In this document: positions 53,301 to 62,214 of the stretch, piece after piece
Position numbering within the stretch: the first letter of the stretch is position 1
Layout: the number at the start of each line of letters is the position of its first letter
Assembly: GCA_963666365.2 (NCBI GenBank)
Contig: CAXXNF010000002.1
Location: 192,001-256,000, forward strand
DNA: 64,000 nucleotides
Direction: 5' to 3'
Source of the DNA: Syntrophales bacterium
Lineage (GTDB): Bacteria > Desulfobacterota > Syntrophia > Syntrophales > UBA2210
Made by a program: the position numbers and the translations under genes
The notes under the pieces: generated by a model
Told to the model about the DNA's origin: nothing
Database searches by the model: none
Seen by the model: the letters and a program-made list of their open reading frames with translations, nothing else

Positions 53301-53517
53301 CGGCCTTATTCCCATTGTGGGCTGGATTGTCACCGGTGAGAAAAACCGATTTGTAGTCATCTGCCTCAAGGTGCAAGGCAGCGCAGACAACCCTTCAATC
53401 ACACTGGCCCCTGTAGATACGATATCGGAACCGGTAACAGGCATTCTGCTGAGAATTCTGAAGCTGCCCGTGGAGATTGTAAGGAATCCCCGAAATATGA
53501 TTCCTTCTCTCAAATAA
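50347..53517 (+). CDS. AsmA-like/YhdP-type envelope protein
   Basis: N-terminal TM anchor, long beta-rich body, C-terminal FQIRDGIL...QPLETIDKIIGLIPIVGWI...VQGSADNP; start uncertain. Confidence 0.75.
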   Translation: MKGSIQTGKMRRLCRTVFLSACVIVVATCVAAAGYYAYLNTHPEILANFVEEAIAKRLGKAVTVEKATVLPGLSPQVILTNVTIGTSDELYLAAEHLGAHLALHYILFGKIKIDHMDVRRPEIRIPWHCLKGGAAIGDFEAPPLDIAGGRIIITKESAHLIIDEVQGSISKNSAQLCMHILGGEAAIKVSRGIVSVQGTLNLNNIALDRIDPRMNGTFDIKSEFQAGIFRKVLSVAANAKNVRLPWLKGTLDEVNIALDGKGTVGGLNIENITLKTKVFNMGGSGRISQWTGIGAFPDSLLELTMQSSEVDYETLVDLLPLKHFPEWLSLLLDRQIRDGTIHFSRVAYKGSLGDIFTADGLIKGLTVRAALKNQSFGAGHDPSRVEQIQGQCLFSKGRIAFRDLSGRVGTSSIHSVNLVFWDILQKGVQLSVGVGADMPLSDFITAWKAVMTPRELYDLLGPISHVEGGRIAGRVDACADTSKGDATLIRGTATLSGAHFRWLGYEVEASKATAHRGSYDEPLKIQAAGSVRGHVIDSLELIIPHPLKSPSYVFSLWTKEISNMPGSAFFEGHSPIQISGRGEGPHIEGEVLFSAESVRLLSEGYRPKEGMIEGRGKVKATLWPETVVELPELVFTMAPGTLKVHGAVKGSAGRFGLKGTIDLAQVAVTEGARFEPEKGFIDADLEVTWREETAITGTLACRKACLVHRGEPLEFDGSLTVGRALLSSPRFSITYRDMSAQIVGDLSLSTPESFEGTVNVDSLKIEKSCAGKGGWMPPCAIKNTTVVISRAQVYGIPVDSIIARLEGDGERLCVMDLRADLLSGTVTGKADVKKTGGIAVDLDVSMEKIDIGTLLTAMYPEEPKFDGTATIKGRLWGPVDLINGDISFAAAEGRIKKYALLSKIFAVLNPYKIIRSGEIDFAGEGFSYNKMAATFQIRDGILRSDDFYFDSDSLQASAAGSYQTNDKKIDMTVIVQPLETIDKIIGLIPIVGWIVTGEKNRFVVICLKVQGSADNPSITLAPVDTISEPVTGILLRILKLPVEIVRNPRNMIPSLK

Positions 53518-53571
53518 GGCAATAACAGACATGCCCGATGTATCGCGGTGGGTTTGGCCACCGTAAAACAC

Positions 53572-53600
53572 TTGACTTGCCCCGGAGATACAGGTATTAT
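53572..53600 (+). promoter_or_regulatory. Sigma70-type promoter (TTGACT-17-TATTAT)
   Basis: ttgact tgccccggagatacagg tattat upstream of the carboxylase operon. Confidence 0.55.
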
Positions 53601-53747
53601 TCACAACTTTAACGCGATGCGTTGATGATGTGTATACGAAATAATATTTGATTTCGACTGGGTAGGGCTTCCTGTTCCCCTGCGGGAGAAGTAGCGGAAA
53701 AGTGAACCCGGTATGCGGTTCTTCGCACACAAAAAAAGAGAATTACT

Positions 53748-55205
53748 ATGGATCATGAAAGAAAAATAAAAAAAATATTGGTGGCAAACCGGGGTGAAAT
53801 TGCCCTTCGCGTTATTCGAACCGTCAAAGAACTTGGATTGCACGCCGTTGCTGTGTATGAAAAACCGGACGGAGAATCGCTTTTTATCCGATTTGCCGAC
53901 GAGGCTATACAGATTGGCGATGGGCCGAGGAAAGATTATCTCGACATAGAGCGAATCATCTGGGCTGCGCGGGTCTGCGGCGCCGATGCGATTCATCCCG
54001 GCTATGGTTTCCTGGCGGAAAACGCCGATTTTTCAGAGGCCTGTGAAAAAGCGGGCATTACATTTATCGGTCCTCCTCCGGATGTAATCCGTAATCTCGG
54101 AGACAAAGTAGTGGCGCGCCAAATTATGGAAAAGGCGGGATTGCCCTTTATTCCGGGTACGGACGATCTTTCTCGGGGCGACGCCGGGGTGCGGGAAGCG
54201 CTGGCTTTCGCTGAAGCACATGGATATCCTATCATGCTCAAGGCCTCCGCCGGTGGCGGAGGAAGGGGCATCAGAAAGGTTGAAAACAGAGAAAAACTGC
54301 TGGTTGAGCTCCCTCATGCACGCAACGAGGCGCTGTCCGCCTTCAATGATGATAGGATTTATGTAGAAAAATGTATTGTTTCGCCCCGCCATGTGGAAGT
54401 ACAGATCCTGGCGGATCAGCTGGGCAATGTTTTTCACCTCGGCACACGCGACTGCTCTATACAGCGGCGTCACCAGAAGCTGCTGGAAATCGCACCGGCC
54501 GATCTGCCGCAGAACGTGCTGGAAGCAATGTGCGAGGCAGCGGTGACTGCTGCAAAAAAATCGGGCTATGTCAATGCGGGTACCGTAGAATTTCTGGTCG
54601 ATCCGAATACACATGAATTCTGGTTCATGGAAATGAACACCCGTCTTCAGGTTGAACATACGGTTACTGAAGTCCTTACCGGAGTCGACATAGTACGAGA
54701 GCAGATAGAAATTGCCGCGGGTGGTCGTCTTGACATATCGAGCGTCCGTTTCCACCTCCTCGGCAAGGCAATCCAGGTCAGGATCAATGCAGAAAACCCG
54801 AAAAGTAATTTCATGCCTGAAGGAGGAAAAGTGGTGGACGTCTACCAGTCACCCGGTGGTCCGGGAATCCGACTGGATGGCATCGTCTATCAGGGATATA
54901 AGGTGCCCACGGATTATGATTCGCTGCTGGTAAAGATGACCGTGCGCGGTTACAACTGGGAACAGACGGTACAGCGTTTAAAACGGGCATTGCACGATTT
55001 TTTGATCGTGGGACCGAAAACAACGATCCCCTTTTATCTTGCCATATGCGATGAGCCGGATTTTCAAAAAGGAGAGTTCGATACGTCCTACATCGAAACG
55101 CATCCGGAAATATTCCGATACCCGGAAACGGAACGGGAAGTGGCAAAGCTCGCCAAGCTGATTGCTGAAATCCATGCGAAAAAGGTCAATCCTTACGCAT
55201 ATTAA
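53748..55205 (+). CDS. Biotin carboxylase subunit (pyruvate carboxylase A-type)
   Basis: LVANRGEIA, HPGYGFLAEN, GGGGRG, RDCSIQRRHQK, EMNTRLQVEH, YDSLLVK. Confidence 0.93.
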   Translation: MDHERKIKKILVANRGEIALRVIRTVKELGLHAVAVYEKPDGESLFIRFADEAIQIGDGPRKDYLDIERIIWAARVCGADAIHPGYGFLAENADFSEACEKAGITFIGPPPDVIRNLGDKVVARQIMEKAGLPFIPGTDDLSRGDAGVREALAFAEAHGYPIMLKASAGGGGRGIRKVENREKLLVELPHARNEALSAFNDDRIYVEKCIVSPRHVEVQILADQLGNVFHLGTRDCSIQRRHQKLLEIAPADLPQNVLEAMCEAAVTAAKKSGYVNAGTVEFLVDPNTHEFWFMEMNTRLQVEHTVTEVLTGVDIVREQIEIAAGGRLDISSVRFHLLGKAIQVRINAENPKSNFMPEGGKVVDVYQSPGGPGIRLDGIVYQGYKVPTDYDSLLVKMTVRGYNWEQTVQRLKRALHDFLIVGPKTTIPFYLAICDEPDFQKGEFDTSYIETHPEIFRYPETEREVAKLAKLIAEIHAKKVNPYAY

Positions 55206-55238
55206 GTCCGGCGTTTATATGCCGTTGCAGGAAGAACG

Positions 55239-57188
55239 ATGAGTAGAGGATACAATCAAGGATTTGAAAGAATAACCCCTCGGGAGTTAAAGGAAAAGGG
55301 CGTGCATGACGTGCTGGAGAGAGTGCGGAGCGCCGATGACTACTTTGTAACCAACACGGAACGCGATCTTTCGCAATCCGATTACAAAAACAGAATTATG
55401 CCCCACACGCAGATTCTTGTCTCCAAGGAGCGGAATGCAGCCGGATATTTTTCTCTTGAAATTACCGGCGGCGCCTCCGTGCATGTGGATATGCTGCGAA
55501 AGCAGATGAATCCTCTGGAAAAACTGGAGATGCTCAGCCATTTCATGCCTGATACCATGTTTCAGACTCTGTGCAGGGGGGTTAATCTCTTCGGCTATCG
55601 GCCCTATCCGGAAAATGTGATCCGGCTCACCGTACAAAACTTCGCCCGCTATGTGCATGTATGGCGCGTGTTTGATTTTCTCAATTTCATCCCCAACATG
55701 GTTGCTGTATTCGAGGAAGTGAAAGCGGCGGGCTGTATTCTCGAACCTTCCATATGCTTTTCGACCGGCTCCGAACACACGGATGACTTTTATGTGAAGA
55801 AGGTCGGCGAAATACTGGACGTCACCGGCCCGGATATTGTGCTGTGCATCAAAAACCATGGTGGTTTAGGTACTTCGAAGCGGATCGGCGATCTGGTAAA
55901 AGCGATTCTTGATGCCTACCCTGATTTGATTATTCATTATCACGGCCACAATACGGACGGCGACGATCTCGGACGTATCGTCGCGGCCGTGCGAAACGGC
56001 GCCAAGATCGTTGATGCCAGTGATCACGCCTTTACAGGATTTTACGGACCGCCGCCTATTTTGACCGTCATTGACACGCTGAAAGACTACGGATACAGCG
56101 CAGCCGGTCTTGACAGGGAAATGGTGATAGAAACATCGAACAAGCTTCGTCCTCAACGGGAATATTATAAAGATTTTGAATCACAATTTTTCGGGTTCGA
56201 TCCGACGGTGCAGACACACAAGCTGCCCGGCGGCGCCACGGGATCCAGCTTCGAGCAGGCCGTAAAGGGTGAATTTCTGGATAAGATGCCGGAAATACTG
56301 CAAAGAGAGCTTCCCCAGGTGCAGAAAGAATTAGGCAACTGGTGGAGTGTCACACCGGGTTCGCAGATACTCTGGACAACAGCGGTCAATAATGTACAGG
56401 GAAAAACCCGATATCGCAACGCCAACGACGATCTCAAAAACCTTATGCTGGGGCGTTACGGCGACCTTCCCTTCTACTGGCCCTCCGATGACATATATGA
56501 GGCCGTATTCGGAAAAGATTGGAGGGCAATCGTCGAAAAAGAAAAAGGATATCAACAAATTGGTGATATCGACATTGATATCGAGCGGAGGGTTCTCGAG
56601 CACCGCCTGGGAAGACCGCCGACGGAAGATGAACTGGTGCTCTATCTGCAGCATCCCAATGATGCAGTTGCATTTTTCAAGTTTGAGGAGAACTTTGGAA
56701 AAACCTGGGTGCTTCCACCGGAAATCTGGTTTAAGAAGGGCGGATTCACCTTGGGTGAAAAGTTCGATTTTGTCGACGCATACGGAAAAAATCACATCAT
56801 CGAGATCGGGCCTCAGAGAAGAACAAAACAGGGCGATGCAGTGACTTACCTTGTAATTGATCACCATCCGGAGCCGATTCTTACGGAGCTTGAACCGGAA
56901 GGGGGTCGAACGGAACGACGGACCACGCTGACGGCGAAAGAGATTGAAGAGCTTGCTCAGTCAGGGGATATTCGTTCTCCTCTGAAGGGTGTGGTGAATG
57001 AAGTACCCGTATCCGAAGGCGAAGAGGTCACGGCAGGGCAGGTGATGATTGTTCTTGAGGCAATGAAAATGCTTAACAATGTAGTGTCCGAGATAAGCGG
57101 AAAAGTTGAGGAGGTTGCGGTGGCTCCTGGAGACGAAGTTGATGTGGGCGACCAGCTTATCGTGGTGGCGAAGGGGAAGAAAAAATAG
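55239..57188 (+). CDS. Pyruvate-carboxylase-like carboxyltransferase + biotin carrier subunit (divergent motifs)
   Basis: TNTERDLSQS, TLCRGVN, RVFDFLN, IKNHGG, HYHGHNT, HKLPGG, VTPGSQ, C-terminal EAMKM. Confidence 0.85.
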   Translation: MSRGYNQGFERITPRELKEKGVHDVLERVRSADDYFVTNTERDLSQSDYKNRIMPHTQILVSKERNAAGYFSLEITGGASVHVDMLRKQMNPLEKLEMLSHFMPDTMFQTLCRGVNLFGYRPYPENVIRLTVQNFARYVHVWRVFDFLNFIPNMVAVFEEVKAAGCILEPSICFSTGSEHTDDFYVKKVGEILDVTGPDIVLCIKNHGGLGTSKRIGDLVKAILDAYPDLIIHYHGHNTDGDDLGRIVAAVRNGAKIVDASDHAFTGFYGPPPILTVIDTLKDYGYSAAGLDREMVIETSNKLRPQREYYKDFESQFFGFDPTVQTHKLPGGATGSSFEQAVKGEFLDKMPEILQRELPQVQKELGNWWSVTPGSQILWTTAVNNVQGKTRYRNANDDLKNLMLGRYGDLPFYWPSDDIYEAVFGKDWRAIVEKEKGYQQIGDIDIDIERRVLEHRLGRPPTEDELVLYLQHPNDAVAFFKFEENFGKTWVLPPEIWFKKGGFTLGEKFDFVDAYGKNHIIEIGPQRRTKQGDAVTYLVIDHHPEPILTELEPEGGRTERRTTLTAKEIEELAQSGDIRSPLKGVVNEVPVSEGEEVTAGQVMIVLEAMKMLNNVVSEISGKVEEVAVAPGDEVDVGDQLIVVAKGKKK

Positions 57189-57363
57189 TAAAAGTAAACT
57201 TTCCTGCCTGCTGCGGCCGTCTGTTCATTGAAATTTCACATGCCTTTTTACTGCGAAAGATGTGCAGGTAAAACTTTTCTTGACATTTTAGCTGTTTTTG
57301 GTAACTTCAGTGCGGTTTGCGAATGATGATTGCGAGTGATGCGGTGCGCGTAGAGGACCGGAA

Positions 57364-58287
57364 ATGAAAAAGAGCCATTATACCCTTGTCATCATTCCTA
57401 AGGGTGGAAGGGCAGTGCGGAAAATCAGACTGCCGATACACTTCGCAACACTTATTGTACTTCTCGCCGTTTTATTGGCCGCATCGTTATCATATTTATC
57501 CTGGGATGTCATCACACGCCAAGAGACCCATAAAAAACTCATGAGCCTCAGTTGCATGAATGAATCGCAACGAGATCAGATTGATCTGCTGAGAAGCAAG
57601 ATAGAATTTTTCGAAAAATCCTTCGAAGAAAAGATGGCCGAATTAAATGATTTTGAAAGAAAAATCAGAGTTATGGCAAATCTCGAACCCGAAGAGGACG
57701 GAGGAGTTCCGCTCATGGGCGTCGGTGGCTCGATTCCCGATGACAGTTCCCCGAAAAGCAGGGTTATGGAGATGGAACAGGCCCTTATCAGCGAGATCCA
57801 TAAAAATGTGGATCAGCTTCTTGATGAAGCCTCAATTCAGCAAAAAAGTTTTGCCGAGCTTCTCCAATACCTGGAAAAACAAAAATCGATCCTTGCGTCA
57901 ACTCCCTCTATCTGGCCGGTTATGGGATGGGTGACGTCGGAATTCGGTTACAGGGTTTCTCCGTTTAATGACAGGCGCGAGTTTCACAAGGGGATAGATA
58001 TTGCCGCACGTCTTGGAAAGGAAATACTGGCGCCCGCCGATGGAGTTGTTGCAAAGGTGTCGACTAACGACAGATGGATGGGGAACGTCCTGTGGATTGA
58101 TCACACAAAAGATCTGTCGACCTGCTATGGCCATCTGCTCAAAATAACGGTCGAGGTGGGTCGGAAGGTGAAGCGTGGAGATGTGATCGGCTATGTGGGT
58201 AATACCGGCCGCAGTACAGGAGCACATCTCCATTATTCCGTCATGGACAAGGGCGTTTATGTAAATCCGCGACGGTATCTTTTTTAA
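57364..58287 (+). CDS. M23 family metallopeptidase with TM anchor and coiled coil
   Basis: [28 protein letters not shown] (Zn ligands intact). Confidence 0.92.
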   Translation: MKKSHYTLVIIPKGGRAVRKIRLPIHFATLIVLLAVLLAASLSYLSWDVITRQETHKKLMSLSCMNESQRDQIDLLRSKIEFFEKSFEEKMAELNDFERKIRVMANLEPEEDGGVPLMGVGGSIPDDSSPKSRVMEMEQALISEIHKNVDQLLDEASIQQKSFAELLQYLEKQKSILASTPSIWPVMGWVTSEFGYRVSPFNDRREFHKGIDIAARLGKEILAPADGVVAKVSTNDRWMGNVLWIDHTKDLSTCYGHLLKITVEVGRKVKRGDVIGYVGNTGRSTGAHLHYSVMDKGVYVNPRRYLF

Positions 58288-58333
58288 TCCCCGAGTTGCG
58301 AACAGGAATCGTGCGCGAGGAAGTCTCTATTGC

Positions 58334-58361
58334 CCCGGTAACGTCTTTGCCGGGTTTTTTT
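58334..58361 (+). terminator. Terminator-like hairpin with U7 tract directly before the secA SD
   Basis: cccggtaa-cgtct-ttgccggg-ttttttt. Confidence 0.55.
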
Positions 58362-58372
58362 ATGAGGGAGCA

Positions 58373-60895
58373 ATGTTCAATTACATTCTTAAAATGATCA
58401 TAGGCAGCAAGAATGACAGAGAACTGAAACGATTATCCCACATTGTTGATGAGATAAATGATCTCGAACAGTCCATCAGCCCTCTGAGTGACGATGAACT
58501 AAGGGGGAAGACGCATTTTTTCAAGGAGCGGCTTTCCCAGGGGGCTGAAATTGCCGACATCCTCGTTGAGGCCTTTGCCGTAGTGAGGGAAGCGGCGCGG
58601 CGGGCGGTGGGGATGCGTCCCTTTGATGTCCAGCTGCTTGGGGGGCTGGTGCTGCACGAGGGCAAAATTGCTGAAATGAAGACAGGCGAAGGGAAGACGC
58701 TGGCGGCAACATTGCCCATCTATGTGAATGCTCTCACAGGGAAGGGAGTTCATGTGGTAACGGTAAACGATTATCTGGCACGGCGTGACGCCGAATGGAT
58801 GGGACCGATTTACCGTTTTCTCGACCTGACGGTGGGGAATATCGTCCATGGCCTGAATGACGACGAACGCAGGGCTGCCTACGGGTGCGACATTACCTAT
58901 GGGACCAACAACGAATTTGGATTCGACTATCTCCGCGATAATATGAAGTTCAGAATTGAGGATTATGTGCAGCGTGACTTCCATTATGCGATTGTAGACG
59001 AAGTCGACAGCATTCTTATTGATGAAGCGAGAACGCCGCTCATTATATCGGGGCCGTCAGAGGAGTCGACCGATAAGTATTACCGGATCAATCAGGTAAT
59101 TCCCCACCTCAAGAAGGAAGAACATTACAGCGTCGACGAAAAGAGCAGGACGGTGGTGCTGACTGAATCAGGCGTCGCACGCGTGGAATCACTCCTTAAA
59201 GTTCAGAATCTCTATGAACCGCAAAACATCGAGATACTGCACCATGTAAACCAGGCACTCAAAGCGCATACGCTGTTCAAGCGGGATGTGGATTATCTCG
59301 TAAAGGACGGACAGGTAATTATCGTCGATGAATTTACCGGGCGCGTAATGCCGGGACGTCGATACAGCGATGGACTTCATCAGGCATTGGAGGCAAAGGA
59401 ACATGTTAAAATAGAGCAGGAAAATCAAACGCTGGCCTCTGTGACCTTTCAAAACTATTTCAGGATGTATGAGAAACTGGCCGGTATGACCGGCACCGCC
59501 GATACGGAAGCGGCAGAGTTCAAAAAAATATACAATCTTGATGTGATTGTAGCGCCGACCAATATGCCCATGATCAGAACCGACTATTCCGATGTCATAT
59601 ACAAAACGGAGAAAGAAAAATTCACTGCCGTTATAGATGAGATAAAGGATCTTCACGCGATAAAACGGCCGGTTCTCGTGGGCACGATTTCGATTGAAAA
59701 GTCGGAGCTTTTGAGCCGTCAGCTCGCGAAAAAAGGTATCGCTCACAATGTGCTGAATGCGAAGAATCATGAAAAAGAAGCTGAAATAATTGCACAGGCG
59801 GGGCAACCGGGGGCGGTAACGATTTCGACAAACATGGCCGGCCGGGGAACCGACATCAAATTGGGAGAGGGGGTTGCGGAACTAGGCGGTCTGCACATAC
59901 TCGGCACGGAACGGCATGAAAGTCGCCGTATTGACAACCAGTTGCGTGGTCGTTCGGGACGGCAGGGCGACAAAGGATCATCACGGTTTTACCTGTCGCT
60001 GGAAGACGACCTTCTGAGGATATTCGGCGCCGAGAGGATATCATCGGTCATGGACCGTATCGGAGTAGAAGAGGGCCAGCCGATCGAGCATAAACTTATC
60101 TCACGGGCCATCGAGAATGCACAAAAACGGGTGGAAGGGCAGAACTTCGACATCAGGAAACACTTGCTCGACTACGACGATGTGATGAATCGACAGCGGG
60201 AGGTGATCTATCGGCAGCGCAGGGAAGTACTTGCCGGTACGGATCTGTGGCAGACCATCGATGAAATTCTTGAAGAAGTGACGGATCTTCTGATCGACGA
60301 CTTCCTGGATGAGAAAGTTCGTGCCGATGAATGGAATCTAAAAGCCCTTGAAGATGCCCTGTTCAAACAGTACGCGCTGCGGTTCGGTTTTGACGATCCG
60401 GCCAGGGGCGCCATATCGCGCGACGAGATCCGGGATCGTATCATAGGAGGGGTGAAGGATCTTCTCAGAAATAAAGAAGCAGATTTCGGAAAGCCTTTGA
60501 TGGAGTACATCATACGGGTTATTATGCTGCAATCGCTGGACGCCCACTGGAAAGATCACTTGCTTGCCATGGATCATCTTAAAGAGGGCATAGGACTTCG
60601 CGGATACGGGCAGAAAGATCCCAAGCGGGAATATCAGCGAGAAGGGTACGAGATGTTCATGGACATGGTGTACCGTATAAAGGAGGACACCCTTCATAAG
60701 CTCTGTTTTGTCCAGGTCCGCAGCGAAGATGAGGTGGCCGCAATCGAGCAAAAGCGAAAGCAGGACTATGTCATGAGCCGGGGTGAAGATGAGGCGAAAC
60801 CGCAGCCGGTGAAGAGAAAGGAAAAGAAAGTGGGAAGAAACGATCCCTGCCCCTGTGGGAGCGGGAAAAAATACAAGTACTGCTGCGGAAGATAA
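58373..60895 (+). CDS. secA: Protein translocase ATPase SecA
   Basis: [74 protein letters not shown]. Confidence 0.98.
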   Translation: MFNYILKMIIGSKNDRELKRLSHIVDEINDLEQSISPLSDDELRGKTHFFKERLSQGAEIADILVEAFAVVREAARRAVGMRPFDVQLLGGLVLHEGKIAEMKTGEGKTLAATLPIYVNALTGKGVHVVTVNDYLARRDAEWMGPIYRFLDLTVGNIVHGLNDDERRAAYGCDITYGTNNEFGFDYLRDNMKFRIEDYVQRDFHYAIVDEVDSILIDEARTPLIISGPSEESTDKYYRINQVIPHLKKEEHYSVDEKSRTVVLTESGVARVESLLKVQNLYEPQNIEILHHVNQALKAHTLFKRDVDYLVKDGQVIIVDEFTGRVMPGRRYSDGLHQALEAKEHVKIEQENQTLASVTFQNYFRMYEKLAGMTGTADTEAAEFKKIYNLDVIVAPTNMPMIRTDYSDVIYKTEKEKFTAVIDEIKDLHAIKRPVLVGTISIEKSELLSRQLAKKGIAHNVLNAKNHEKEAEIIAQAGQPGAVTISTNMAGRGTDIKLGEGVAELGGLHILGTERHESRRIDNQLRGRSGRQGDKGSSRFYLSLEDDLLRIFGAERISSVMDRIGVEEGQPIEHKLISRAIENAQKRVEGQNFDIRKHLLDYDDVMNRQREVIYRQRREVLAGTDLWQTIDEILEEVTDLLIDDFLDEKVRADEWNLKALEDALFKQYALRFGFDDPARGAISRDEIRDRIIGGVKDLLRNKEADFGKPLMEYIIRVIMLQSLDAHWKDHLLAMDHLKEGIGLRGYGQKDPKREYQREGYEMFMDMVYRIKEDTLHKLCFVQVRSEDEVAAIEQKRKQDYVMSRGEDEAKPQPVKRKEKKVGRNDPCPCGSGKKYKYCCGR

Positions 60896-60950
60896 TTGGG
60901 GTTCCACTATTATTTACAATACTTTGACGCTTAGGGAGATGATGACGAAT

Positions 60951-62150
60951 ATGGCCATGGATGAAACTGATATCGCGATTCCCGGATTTCGAGCCAACGG
61001 AGTGGCCTGTGGTATAAAGGGAAACGGGAAAAGGGACCTGGCAGTGATTTTTTCAGAGACGCCGGCACTGGCTGCCGGAGTGTTCACCACGAACCGCTTC
61101 AAGGCTGCCCCGGTTCTGCACGATATAAAAAAGATTGAAAAAGGAACGGCGCAGGCGATCATTGCAAACAGCGGAAATGCGAATGCAGCTACAGGAAGCC
61201 AGGGTGAAGCGGACGCAACGGTCATGGCCCGGGCTGCGGCGGGTCGGCTGAATATCGATGAGCGATTTGTGCTTGTAGCCTCCACCGGCATTATAGGAAA
61301 GAAACTTCCGATCGAGAAGATAGAGACTGCCCTGCCGGCATTGGTTCAAGGGCTGGATGAACAGGGCATTGCTCGTGCGGAGGAGGCAATCATGACCACC
61401 GACCGGTTTCCCAAGATCGAATACCGAAGAGTGACGATTGCCGGCAAGGATATACGCATCTGCGGCATTGCCAAGGGCGCCGGCATGATAGAGCCGAATA
61501 TGGCCACCATGCTTGCCTTTATAATGACCGATGCCGCACTTGAGACTGCCGCAATAAAAAAAATGTTCACTGAGGCCATTACGCACAGCTTCAATGCCAT
61601 CACGGTAGACGGCTGCATGTCCACAAATGATACGGCAATACTGCTTGCCAATGGATATGCGGGAAATTCACCCATTGCCCTGTCGTCTCCTGAGTGTTCT
61701 CTGTTTAACGATGTGCTGAAGGATGTCATGATCTCGCTGGCCAAATCGATTGTCCGTGACGGAGAGGGCGCCACCAAGGTGATAGAAATAAGGGTGAGCG
61801 GCGCACGGACCGAACTGGAGGCGAAGCGCGTTGCCTATGCAATCGCACGGTCAAACCTTGTAAAGACCGCCTTTTTCGGATGTGATCCCAATTGGGGAAG
61901 AATCATATCAGCGATCGGTGTCCTGGATCTGCCGATTCCTACGGACCGTGTCGAACTTCTATTTGAGGGGGTTTCACTTTTTCGCGGGGGTATGGGAGTG
62001 CCGGGAAACGAGCGAATTATTGACGATATAATGAAAAAAGCAGATATTTCGGTAGAGGTGAAACTGGCGATGGGCGGTGCGTTCTTTCGAGTGTTTGCCT
62101 CGGATTTGTCTCACGAATATGTGGATATTAACGCACTTTATCACACATAA
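60951..62150 (+). CDS. argJ: Ornithine acetyltransferase / N-acetylglutamate synthase
   Basis: NSGNANA, ASTGIIG, IMTTD, KGAGMIEPNMATML, STNDT, DGEGATK, DPNWGR; start among ATG 60939/60942/60951/60957. Confidence 0.95.
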   Translation: MAMDETDIAIPGFRANGVACGIKGNGKRDLAVIFSETPALAAGVFTTNRFKAAPVLHDIKKIEKGTAQAIIANSGNANAATGSQGEADATVMARAAAGRLNIDERFVLVASTGIIGKKLPIEKIETALPALVQGLDEQGIARAEEAIMTTDRFPKIEYRRVTIAGKDIRICGIAKGAGMIEPNMATMLAFIMTDAALETAAIKKMFTEAITHSFNAITVDGCMSTNDTAILLANGYAGNSPIALSSPECSLFNDVLKDVMISLAKSIVRDGEGATKVIEIRVSGARTELEAKRVAYAIARSNLVKTAFFGCDPNWGRIISAIGVLDLPIPTDRVELLFEGVSLFRGGMGVPGNERIIDDIMKKADISVEVKLAMGGAFFRVFASDLSHEYVDINALYHT

Positions 62151-62214
62151 TGAAGTAAAAGGAGCAACGGACGCCGGACAACGGCTTCATGGGACAGAAG
62201 GAAAACATAAGGGT

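Noticed and set aside
53600..53747. Riboswitch in the carboxylase leader
   Set aside because: Only short hairpins; no known aptamer consensus recognised
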